This document shows positions 53,400 through 61,553 of a stretch of DNA of 64,000 nucleotides, in pieces. Every line of letters starts with the position of its first letter. Position 1 is the stretch's first letter. The DNA lies in NCBI GenBank assembly GCA_035557715.1, contig DATMDQ010000151.1:2464-66463 (forward strand). The letters run 5' to 3'. A program made the position numbers and the translations under genes. A model generated the notes under the pieces. That model was not told the DNA's origin and did not search any database. It worked only from the letters and a program-made list of their open reading frames with translations. Source of the DNA: Gemmatimonadales bacterium (GTDB lineage Bacteria > Gemmatimonadota > Gemmatimonadetes > Gemmatimonadales > GWC2-71-9).

Positions 53400-54599
53400 A
53401 TGCGTGTTCCCGTGGTGGTTTGTCTGACATGTGTCGGTCTCCTCAGCCTGGCGACCTTTCCCAAGCAGGCGCTCGCACAGGTCCCAACGCGGGCCAGCGA
53501 GCCAGTCCTTCGGGCTCCCACGCGGGACGACCCGGCGACGGTTCCAGCCAGCCCGCAAGCCACAGAGCCTGCTCCAGCCGCAGCTCCGGCCGCCGCCGCT
53601 CCCGCGGCGCCGGCGCCCGTCAGCGCGGCACCTGCGCCGAGCGGGGTTACCCAACTGCCTCCGGCCGCGGCACCCCCGACGACAGCCTCGACCTCCTCGG
53701 CGGCAACAGCCTCGAAAGGCACCTATAGCACGGCCAACTTCTCGCTCAGCTTGGAGGGGGTCACCGTGGGGTATCTGCGGGCGGTGGAAGGGGGTGCGGC
53801 CGTCGGCACGGTGGTGGTCGACAACGTGGGGCCCGACAACATCCAGAAGAAGCATGTGACTGGGGTCAGGTACGAGCCACTCACCTTCGACGTGGGCCTC
53901 GATTCCAAGCCAGTCGTCGAGTGGGTCACCTCCGCCTGGCAGGGGAAAAATGCGAGAAAGAGCGGCAGCGTCCAGATCCTAGACTACGACTTCAATATCG
54001 TGGGGGGTCGCGAATTCACGGACGCCCTCATCACCGGGACGACGGTCTCGGCACTGGATAATTCCAATGCCAAGGCACCCCTTGTGCTGACGGTGACCGT
54101 GGCGCCGGAGTCCGTCCGGGAAGTGGGGGGCTCCGGCAAGGCGCAAGGCTTGAGTCCGAAGAGCAAGCCGATTTCGTCCGGCAATTTCCGGTTCGAGATG
54201 GGGGACCTCGAGACCTCATTCGTGAGACGCATTGAGCCCTTCACAGTCGGGCAGCAGGCGACTGCGAACGAAATCGGCGAAATGCGAAGTGCCGAGAAAC
54301 AACCCAGCACCCTGGAGTTCCCCAACCTGAAGATCAGGATGGCTGCTCGCCCGTACCCAAACTGGTCCAAGTGGCGTGACGAGTTCCTGCTCAAGGGCAA
54401 CGGTGGGGAGGCCCAGGAGAAGAACGGTGCGATCGTGTTGCTCGATCCGACCCTGCAGAATGAGCTGGGCCGCATCAATCTGTTCAACTGTGGCCTCATC
54501 CGGCTCGGGGGCGAGCGACAGGAGGCAGCGAAGGAGAGTGCCAACACGGTCACAGCAGACCTGTACTGCGAGAAGATGGAGCTGGCCATCAAGAACTAG
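53400..54599 (+). CDS. Exported protein with two tandem phage/eCIS tail-tube (gp19-like) domains
   Basis: AGGAGG SD; signal ...ALA-Q; domain 1 NFSLSLEG...KKHV...YEPLTF...EW...RKSGSVQILD; domain 2 NFRFEM...PNLKI...W...EKNGAIVLLD...LYCEKMEL. Family assignment is by motif recognition only. Confidence 0.72.
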   Translation: MRVPVVVCLTCVGLLSLATFPKQALAQVPTRASEPVLRAPTRDDPATVPASPQATEPAPAAAPAAAAPAAPAPVSAAPAPSGVTQLPPAAAPPTTASTSSAATASKGTYSTANFSLSLEGVTVGYLRAVEGGAAVGTVVVDNVGPDNIQKKHVTGVRYEPLTFDVGLDSKPVVEWVTSAWQGKNARKSGSVQILDYDFNIVGGREFTDALITGTTVSALDNSNAKAPLVLTVTVAPESVREVGGSGKAQGLSPKSKPISSGNFRFEMGDLETSFVRRIEPFTVGQQATANEIGEMRSAEKQPSTLEFPNLKIRMAARPYPNWSKWRDEFLLKGNGGEAQEKNGAIVLLDPTLQNELGRINLFNCGLIRLGGERQEAAKESANTVTADLYCEKMELAIKN

Positions 54600-54810
54600 C
54601 TCCGCTGCTACCTCACTCATGCCGAGGAGATCATGCACGACTACCCCGGCTGAGTCCTCGACGACGGGACAGGTTGCACCCGCGGCGGCCCGGCTGGGGG
54701 AAGCTGAGCCCCCGGAGGACGAGACCGGTGGGGCGCAGCCCTGAAGCAGATCAGATGATGACGACGACGAGTGTCCCGGCTCGACCACGAGTTACTCAAG
54801 GATATCAACT

Positions 54811-56016
54811 ATGACGAAACCAGCTGCTGTTTCCTGTGTCGTTGTCGTCGCCATGCTCAGCCTGGCCGGCTTCGTCCGTCCGGCTACGGGACAGGCACCG
54901 GAACGGGCTGCCACCCCGCGGCTGGTGGTTCCAGCCGGGGTGACAGCGCCGCTTCCGGGTCAACCGACCACCGCCCCCACCACGGCTGCGCCGGCCGAGC
55001 CCGCCCCAGCGGCGCCCGCGCCGGTCAGCGCGGCGCCTGCGCCGAGCGGGGTTACTCAAGTGCTTCCGGCCGCGGCACCACCAGCCACGGCGAGCAGCTC
55101 CCAGACCGCGCTGGCGGCCGAGCGGTCGTACGTGGCGGGTAAGTTCGGACTCACGCTCGATGGCGTGCCGATCGGCTGGGCCAAGAGCGTTGAGGGAGGG
55201 GATGCCTCGGCGGACGTGGTGGTCGAGAAAGCTGGCCCGGACCACATCTCAGGCAAGCACCTGAGCAACATCAAGTACGAGCCCATTGCCGTGGTGACCG
55301 ATCTCCCGTCCAGGACATTGAGCGACTGGATTGCCGGATCGTGGAAGGGAACCGCGGTCAGGAAAAACGGCAGCATTCAAAGCATGAGCTACGATCTCAA
55401 GATCCTGAACGAGCTCGAGTTCATGAACGCCCTGGTCGCGGAGACCACCATGCCGGCGCTCGATGCCGCGAGCAAGGAGAACGCCCAGATCACGATCAAG
55501 ATCCTGCCGGAATACACCCGCACCAAGCCAGGGTCGGGGCAGAGCGGGTCCGGCATCGACGCCAAGAGCCAGAAGCGGTGGACGCGGGCGAATTTTCGCT
55601 TCGAGATGAGCGGCCTGGATGGGACCAAGGTCAACAAGATCGACTCGATCACGGTTCGTCAGACGACAGTGGAGAATCCGGTCGGCGAACTCCGCGATTA
55701 CGAGAAAGAGCCGGGCAAGATCGAGTTCTCCAACCTGAAGATCACCCTCGCCGCGTTGTCGGCGCAGACCTGGGTGGACTGGCACAACGATTTCCTGGTC
55801 AAGGGAAACAGCGGCGCAGCGCAGGAGCGGAGCGGCGCCATCGTGTACCTCGACCCAACCAGGACATCCGAGCTGGGTCGCGTCAATCTCTCGAACTGCG
55901 GAATCTTCAGGCTCGGCCGGGAAAAGGCAGAGGCGGGAAGCGAAAGCATCCAGCGCATGGTCGCTGAACTGTATTGCGAGCGTATGGAGCTGGTCGTCAA
56001 CAACGCAGGGAAATGA
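54811..56016 (+). CDS. Paralogous exported double tail-tube protein
   Basis: Signal ...ATG-Q; KFGLTLDG...KYEPI...DW...RKNGSI...PALDAASKE; NFRFEM...PGKIEFSNLKI...ERSGAIVYLD...ELYCERMEL. Confidence 0.75.
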   Translation: MTKPAAVSCVVVVAMLSLAGFVRPATGQAPERAATPRLVVPAGVTAPLPGQPTTAPTTAAPAEPAPAAPAPVSAAPAPSGVTQVLPAAAPPATASSSQTALAAERSYVAGKFGLTLDGVPIGWAKSVEGGDASADVVVEKAGPDHISGKHLSNIKYEPIAVVTDLPSRTLSDWIAGSWKGTAVRKNGSIQSMSYDLKILNELEFMNALVAETTMPALDAASKENAQITIKILPEYTRTKPGSGQSGSGIDAKSQKRWTRANFRFEMSGLDGTKVNKIDSITVRQTTVENPVGELRDYEKEPGKIEFSNLKITLAALSAQTWVDWHNDFLVKGNSGAAQERSGAIVYLDPTRTSELGRVNLSNCGIFRLGREKAEAGSESIQRMVAELYCERMELVVNNAGK

Positions 56017-56056
56017 TCGAGGTATGGCCCTAAAGTCCTTCTCGGAGGCACGTCGT

Positions 56057-56986
56057 ATGCACATCGGAGCGCGCGCGGTAGCCGCAGCCCTGGTCGGCAC
56101 CCTGGCCGCTGCAGGACCGCTCAGCGGGCAGACTTCTCGGGACGCGGCGCGAGTCGAGCCGATCGAACGGCCCGTCCTTCCCGTCCGTGTGTCGTCCTCG
56201 CTGCAGGCGTCGATCGGATACACCCGGATCGAATTCGAGGTCAACCGACCTCTGGCTCAAGCCAAAGGCGGGCTGGTACCGTTCACCGTCAAGTTCACCG
56301 GTGCTGGTGATGTGGCCTCGGTGCAAGTCCCAGGATCGTTGTCCTATCCGCTCGGGGCTCACTCCGGAAGCTTTGAGCAGACCATTCCCAACGCGGACAT
56401 CCGCGCTCTGCTGAAGCGTGACGAAGCAGCCATCCTTTCGCGCTGTACGTCGACCCTCGACTACAACAAGGTCGAATCGATCAACACGGTGCACGACGCC
56501 CAACTACCCGTGACGGTCAACGGACCCGACGGCGCGGTCGTGGCCTCGACTACAGTCCCATACCAGCTGGGACTCACCTGTACCCGCGTGCCACCGCTCG
56601 CCGTTTCCATCGGGTACACCAGGATCGAATACAGCATCGCTCAGCCGCTCACCAGCTCCAAGGGCGGGCTGGTTCCCCTCACGGTAAAGTTCAATGGCAC
56701 CGGCAATGTCGCGTCGGTCCAGGTCCCCGGGTCATTGTCGTATCCGCTCGGCTGGCACTCCGGGAGCTTCGAGCAGACTCTGCCCAATGCCGATATACGC
56801 GCCATCATGAGGCGGGACGAAGCGGCGATCATGGACCGGTGTAAGTCCACCCTCGACTACAACAAGGTCGATTCGATCAACACGGTGCACGATGCCAAGC
56901 TCCCGGTGACGGTCAATGGACCCGACGGCGCGGTGGTGGCCTCCGTCACCGTGCCCTACCAGTTAGGGCTGACCTGTACCCGGTAA
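56057..56986 (+). CDS. Exported protein made of two near-identical 125-aa domains
   Basis: GGAGG SD before ATG 56057 (track start 56024); signal ...LSG-Q; repeat unit IGYTRIE...LGLTCTR. Confidence 0.78.
   Translation: MHIGARAVAAALVGTLAAAGPLSGQTSRDAARVEPIERPVLPVRVSSSLQASIGYTRIEFEVNRPLAQAKGGLVPFTVKFTGAGDVASVQVPGSLSYPLGAHSGSFEQTIPNADIRALLKRDEAAILSRCTSTLDYNKVESINTVHDAQLPVTVNGPDGAVVASTTVPYQLGLTCTRVPPLAVSIGYTRIEYSIAQPLTSSKGGLVPLTVKFNGTGNVASVQVPGSLSYPLGWHSGSFEQTLPNADIRAIMRRDEAAIMDRCKSTLDYNKVDSINTVHDAKLPVTVNGPDGAVVASVTVPYQLGLTCTR
56213..56983 (+). repeat. Intragenic tandem duplication, 375-nt units with 396-nt period
   Basis: 56213-56587 and 56609-56983; 102 of 125 residues identical by manual alignment. 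Confidence 0.92.
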
Positions 56987-57038
56987 TTACGACGAAGCTG
57001 CGGTAGTGACGAGCCACGTCAATTGAGGGCGACACATC

Positions 57039-59009
57039 ATGCAGACGGTCACACGAGCCATCATGATCATGACAACGCTCCTGGGTGTCATTGCACCGGC
57101 GCTCCAGGCCCAGCAGCCCAAGCCGGGTAATCTCACCGCTACCTTGACCAATCCGACCACGGTCGTCCTGTCGTGGACCGCGGCAGGGAATGCCACCAGG
57201 TATTGGGTTCAGCGGAGCATCGGCACCGCCAACTTCGCCAACCTGAGTGCGCCGAAGATCACAGGGACGACGTACACCGACGCCGGAGCTCCTGCTGGGA
57301 CCGCGATCCGGTACCGGGTCATTGCCGGCTTCAGCAGCGGCCCGAACTCGTATGGCACGAGCATCAACGTGACCACTCCCTCGGGGAGTACCGCTTCCAC
57401 CGCACCACCGGCATCTTCGAGTCCGCCGGCATCGCCGGCATCCGCGGCATCGGGGGCACCGGCATCGGGGGCACCGGCATCGGCGGCACCAGCCTCGGCG
57501 CCGCCTGCAGCTCCGCCGGCCCAGCCCCTGGCGGTGGTGGTCACGCCGGTGCTGGTGCCGAGCACGCCGGTCGTTGCTGCCCCCACCGGAGTTCTCAGAT
57601 CCGTACCGGGCAACGCCGTGACTCCCACAACCCTGGCCAAAACGGCGATGAAGCCTGCTGGCCCACCTCCAGCGGGTTTGACGGTGACTGGCACACCTTC
57701 CTCGGGCACGGTCACGTGGCAGCCGACGTCGGAAGCGGCGAGCTTCACCGTCACCCGCTGGCTTCAGACCAAGCCAGACTGCTGTCGCGTGAGCTCTCCT
57801 ACCCTAACTACTCCGGTCTGGAGCGATACCACCCTTCACTGGGCGGGCACCTACATCTACCGCGTGTACGCCAACTATCCGGACGGCCGGGAAGGGTTTG
57901 CCGACGTGGCCTTCACTCGACCCGAACCGAAGGATCCCGCGGGGTTCACCGCGACGCAAACCGGGGAAGGAGAGGTTGAGCTCGCCTGGCAGGCTGTTCC
58001 GGGCGTGACCACTTATTTCGTGGGCGGCCCCGGTGCGGGGAACGAGGGGCTCAAGGTCAAAGGGACCAAGACTACGCTCACCGGGGTTCCCAATGGAGCA
58101 CAGCACTGGACCGTCGCCAGCTGGTACGAGCCCGGTGGCCTGCTCGTCAACGGGCAGTTCTGGCCTAAAGCGTCCGTCAATGTGGTGGCTCGAAGTGGTA
58201 AATACCGCGTGATGGTGACCGGGCTCCGGTCGGAACACGCAACGGTGGATGACTGGTGGTCGAAAGACGGCAAGTGGGACGAAGTGTACGTCTCGGCATT
58301 CGTGCAGACGTTCAATCGACCTTCCGGCCAGCTATTGGCCTCCGCCACCATCAAGAGTCCCATCCATGGTGACGTCAACGGCTTTCCCCCGGGGGCGCGG
58401 GTACGAGCCGGCACTGCTTCGGACCTGGGAGGCATCGTGACCTCCGATAATGTGTCGCCGATTCTGGGACAGCCCGCGCCGGGAGCCGCCGGATATCCTC
58501 AGCTGGTGCTGTGGGAGGGGACACTGACGTCCGACCGAGAGGTCGTTGTCCTCCACCCGGTCCTTTGGGAAGCGGACATAGGTAACGCGAACACCACGGC
58601 CTACAATGGCTGGCGGCAGTACTTCGAGGGCAATCCGGCGCGGGAGTGGTCGATTCCGGGCGTGCAGACTCCAGACCCACAGGCAGCTACCTGGTTTCAG
58701 GAGGGGGCCGCAGTCAAGCTCTCGCCGGCGGTGGATTGGATGGTCGTCACGACCACCGACAAGGATCGACCCATAGGGGTCCGGAACGGCGGCTGCGAGA
58801 CTTACTGTGGCTTCTGGCTCGATCAGATGCTCATCCTGACACGCGAGCGGATCGAACGAGTGCTCAGCAGCCCATACGCAACCGGTGAAAAGGGACAGCT
58901 TGAGTTCCGCGTCACGGATCACTACAAGCTTCCCAACGGCAGTCACTCTTCCTGGAGCGCGCTCCAGGGGGATTACGTCCTGATCCTCCGTGTCGAGCGC
59001 ATTTCATGA
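57039..59009 (+). CDS. Exported protein: three FN3-like domains plus the same unassigned C-terminal domain as 51824
   Basis: Signal ...LQA-Q; PGNLTA...LSW...YTD...YRV; two more FN3-like units; DDWWSKDGKWDEVY; 15-nt ASGAP/ASAAP repeats at 57447-57506. Confidence 0.78.
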   Translation: MQTVTRAIMIMTTLLGVIAPALQAQQPKPGNLTATLTNPTTVVLSWTAAGNATRYWVQRSIGTANFANLSAPKITGTTYTDAGAPAGTAIRYRVIAGFSSGPNSYGTSINVTTPSGSTASTAPPASSSPPASPASAASGAPASGAPASAAPASAPPAAPPAQPLAVVVTPVLVPSTPVVAAPTGVLRSVPGNAVTPTTLAKTAMKPAGPPPAGLTVTGTPSSGTVTWQPTSEAASFTVTRWLQTKPDCCRVSSPTLTTPVWSDTTLHWAGTYIYRVYANYPDGREGFADVAFTRPEPKDPAGFTATQTGEGEVELAWQAVPGVTTYFVGGPGAGNEGLKVKGTKTTLTGVPNGAQHWTVASWYEPGGLLVNGQFWPKASVNVVARSGKYRVMVTGLRSEHATVDDWWSKDGKWDEVYVSAFVQTFNRPSGQLLASATIKSPIHGDVNGFPPGARVRAGTASDLGGIVTSDNVSPILGQPAPGAAGYPQLVLWEGTLTSDREVVVLHPVLWEADIGNANTTAYNGWRQYFEGNPAREWSIPGVQTPDPQAATWFQEGAAVKLSPAVDWMVVTTTDKDRPIGVRNGGCETYCGFWLDQMLILTRERIERVLSSPYATGEKGQLEFRVTDHYKLPNGSHSSWSALQGDYVLILRVERIS

Positions 59010-59032
59010 CTTCCCCGCACTCTGAGAATCTT

Positions 59033-59566
59033 ATGAAAACCGTTCCCTGGTCGATTATCGCAGCGCTTGGCCTGGCCGCTCCGACGGCCCTCGCTGCACA
59101 AGAGAAGCTTGTGGCCCGGGGTGGCAGTGCCAGCTTTACTATGACCATCGAGGGAACCAAGCAGGGAGTGTTCGCGGCCGCGAAGGGGGGGAGTATGGCC
59201 GGTCTTCGATTCGGTTACGGCGCCAAGTCACCACGGGATGCGGCCAGCGGGCTGGCCAGCGGCAGGCGCCAACACGGGCCGGTCGTCGTCACCAAACTGG
59301 TTGGCACTGGATCGCCGCAGATCTTCCAGGCGTTGACCACCAATGAGGTGCTGAAATCAGTCGTGGTCGTGCTGCCCGGGGAGGGGGGGAGTAGCTACAC
59401 GGTCAAGCTCAGCAACGCCGTCGTCAGCGAGATCAAACAGTACACCGATGTGGTCAACGGTCTGGCGGTGGTTCTGGAGGACGTGAGCTTTATCTTCCAG
59501 AGGATCGAAGTGGAGGATCCGGCAACCAAGACGATGGCGATGGACGATTGGATGGCCGGGAAGTGA
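59033..59566 (+). CDS. hcp: Hcp/TssD-like tube protein with an N-terminal signal peptide
   Basis: MTIEGTKQG, SPRDAASGLASGRRQHGPVVVTK, SPQIFQALTTNEVL, YTVKLSNAVV, LEDVSFIFQRI, DDW; preceded by MKTVPWSIIAALGLAAPTALAA-Q. Confidence 0.82.
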   Translation: MKTVPWSIIAALGLAAPTALAAQEKLVARGGSASFTMTIEGTKQGVFAAAKGGSMAGLRFGYGAKSPRDAASGLASGRRQHGPVVVTKLVGTGSPQIFQALTTNEVLKSVVVVLPGEGGSSYTVKLSNAVVSEIKQYTDVVNGLAVVLEDVSFIFQRIEVEDPATKTMAMDDWMAGK

Positions 59567-59574
59567 GCTAACGC

Positions 59575-60384
59575 CTAGAGCGCCAGGCCGAGCTGGACCC
59601 CGACTCTCTGCACGATAAGGATTGGCTGCAGCGGCCGGTCCTGGTCGGCAACATGGAGCGCGCCCCGGAAGCGGACCCGGCGGAGCGCCCGCGCCACGGT
59701 GGCCCGGGCCTCGGCCGCGGTGTTGCACTGCTGGCTCAAATGCGCCAGGACGACGGCCAGAAGTCCCGGATGGTGCAGGTCGGCCAACAGCTCGGCCGCG
59801 GCCCGGTTCGACAGGTGGCCGGCTGAGCCCGCAATCCTGCGTTGCACCACCGGAGGGTATTCGCTGGTGCGGAGCTGGACCTCGTCGTGGTTGGCCTCCA
59901 GCACGATTGCGCTCAGGTTGCGAAGCAGGTAACGCACTGCCGTGGTCGGGCGACCAAGATCATAAGCAACCCCGACGCTGGCTCCCTCGGATTCACGGAC
60001 GACCACCGCGAGCGGCTCGGCGGCATCATGGCTCGTCGGGCATGCCTCGATGGTGAAGGGGCCCAGCTCCAGGCGGGCGCAAAGTCCGAGCGTCCGGTGC
60101 TCGGCATCCTCCATGGTGGCTAACAGATGCCGCCAGGTACCGGGGGCCGTGAGGACCGGCACTTGCAGGCGCCGCGCCAGGAGGGGTGCTCCACACGCGT
60201 GATCGCCGTGCTCGTGGGTCAGGACGATCCCGGCCACCTGTGACAGGTCGAGGCCCGCCCGCTCGGCCCGCCGCTCGATCTCGCGGGCGCTGAACCCGGC
60301 GTCGATCAGCAGCCCCACGCCTTCGGATTCCACCGCGAAGCAATTCCCCCGCGATCCCGAGCCGAGCACGTAGAGCGTGATCAC
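59575..60384 (-). CDS. MBL-fold metallo-hydrolase (YycJ/WalJ-like)
   Basis: GSGSRGN, IDAG, THEHGDH, EANHD, GHLSN, HLS. Confidence 0.88.
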   Translation of the reverse strand: MITLYVLGSGSRGNCFAVESEGVGLLIDAGFSAREIERRAERAGLDLSQVAGIVLTHEHGDHACGAPLLARRLQVPVLTAPGTWRHLLATMEDAEHRTLGLCARLELGPFTIEACPTSHDAAEPLAVVVRESEGASVGVAYDLGRPTTAVRYLLRNLSAIVLEANHDEVQLRTSEYPPVVQRRIAGSAGHLSNRAAAELLADLHHPGLLAVVLAHLSQQCNTAAEARATVARALRRVRFRGALHVADQDRPLQPILIVQRVGVQLGLAL

Positions 60385-61553
60385 CGGGGGGCGCTCCGCT
60401 GGATGGTGCGCCGGAGCGATTCGCGCCGCTCAGCCGAAAACGCCACGTTTCGGCGGGCGAGGACCCGCTCAGCCACCCGCAGGAAGCCATCTTCGGTCAC
60501 TCGCTCGTCTCCGCTGCAGCCCCACGCAAAAGGCGGGATGTACTTCGGCGGGATCGGTGTGCCGAACACATTGGCCCCGGCCGATATTACCGTCCCCGTG
60601 GCCAACATGGTCCCGATGGCGGTTTTGGCGTGGTCGCCGAAAAGGGTACCGACATTGATCCGGCCACTCTCAATTCGCTCGCCATCTATCTCCAGGCGGA
60701 CCGGTCCATAGGTGTTCTTCAGATTGGATGTGGTCGTGCCGGCGCCCAGGTTGACCCAGTGGCCTACGATGCTGTGACCGACAAAGCCATAATGGCTCTT
60801 GTTCGAAAATCCATGAAACAGGCTCGCCGCGATCTCACCGTGCACCCGGCATTCGGGCCCGAACACCGAGCCCCGGACGAATCCACCCAGGACGCGGGTA
60901 CCCGGTCCCACGTAGGTCGGCCCTTCGAGACGGGTGCCGTTCCTGACCTCGGCTCCCTGATCGACCACGACCGCCCCCTGTCGCAAGTCGAACACCACCC
61001 CGGGCTCGACCTTCGCGCCCAGGCACACGAGGTGGGTAGGATCGCCAAGGACCAGGCTTCCTTCCGGAACTCCATCGCTCGGAGTCACCAGAAACTCGGT
61101 GCAGTCCACCGGAAGAAAGCTCTCGAGGGCGGTGAGCAGATCGTAGGTACCCTGGAGACGCAAGCCCGCGATTTCGAGGCCCGGACCGTTCTCATGTGGA
61201 CCAGTCCAGCGTTCACCGCCAGGCACGACCCATCCCACTGTTTCCTCGCGGTGCGTCAGCCGCCGGATGTTGGCTCCTGGAGCGATCGGTGCACCGGTCG
61301 GCGCGAACCATGCCGCGCCGACCAGGGCGGGCCCCTCGATCGGAGCCGGCGGCCGTACGGGCGGCTCGTCCCCCTCGCTGAATCCTTCCGTGTGGGCGCC
61401 CAGGATGGCCGTGGCGTCGTTCCCAACCGCCGCCTCCCAACGCTCCCGAATTCGCCAGATGCCCGCGCGAAGCTCGGCGATCGGGCGGACGCCGGTAAAC
61501 GGAGCCCATGCAGCACCCGGCGACTCAGGCTCGACGAGGTAAAGCGTCGTCAC
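60381..61553 (-). CDS. Putative sugar nucleotidyltransferase/acyltransferase with hexapeptide repeats (GlmU-like)
   Basis: GTG 61553 overlaps the manC stop; PFTGVRPIAELRAG, hexapeptide region, NKSHYGFVGHS, NLGAGTTTSNLKN. Confidence 0.75.
   Translation of the reverse strand: MTTLYLVEPESPGAAWAPFTGVRPIAELRAGIWRIRERWEAAVGNDATAILGAHTEGFSEGDEPPVRPPAPIEGPALVGAAWFAPTGAPIAPGANIRRLTHREETVGWVVPGGERWTGPHENGPGLEIAGLRLQGTYDLLTALESFLPVDCTEFLVTPSDGVPEGSLVLGDPTHLVCLGAKVEPGVVFDLRQGAVVVDQGAEVRNGTRLEGPTYVGPGTRVLGGFVRGSVFGPECRVHGEIAASLFHGFSNKSHYGFVGHSIVGHWVNLGAGTTTSNLKNTYGPVRLEIDGERIESGRINVGTLFGDHAKTAIGTMLATGTVISAGANVFGTPIPPKYIPPFAWGCSGDERVTEDGFLRVAERVLARRNVAFSAERRESLRRTIQRSAPR

Noticed and set aside
54600-54810. 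Short ORFs between the two tube genes (41-aa MPRRSC... and 6-aa MHDYPG after GAGGAG) and minus-strand ORF 54216-54788
   Set aside because: No recognisable motif; short or antisense to a real gene. No support without Ribo-seq.
57447-57506. 15-nt repeats (ASGAP/ASAAP) and QAYSPP repeats near 51060-51120 as independent elements
   Set aside because: In-frame low-complexity linker expansions within CDSs.
49251-59566. Calling the locus a T6SS, eCIS or prophage
   Set aside because: No sheath, baseplate, VgrG/PAAR, ATPase, capsid, terminase, integrase or lysis genes are recognisable, and the flanks are housekeeping genes.
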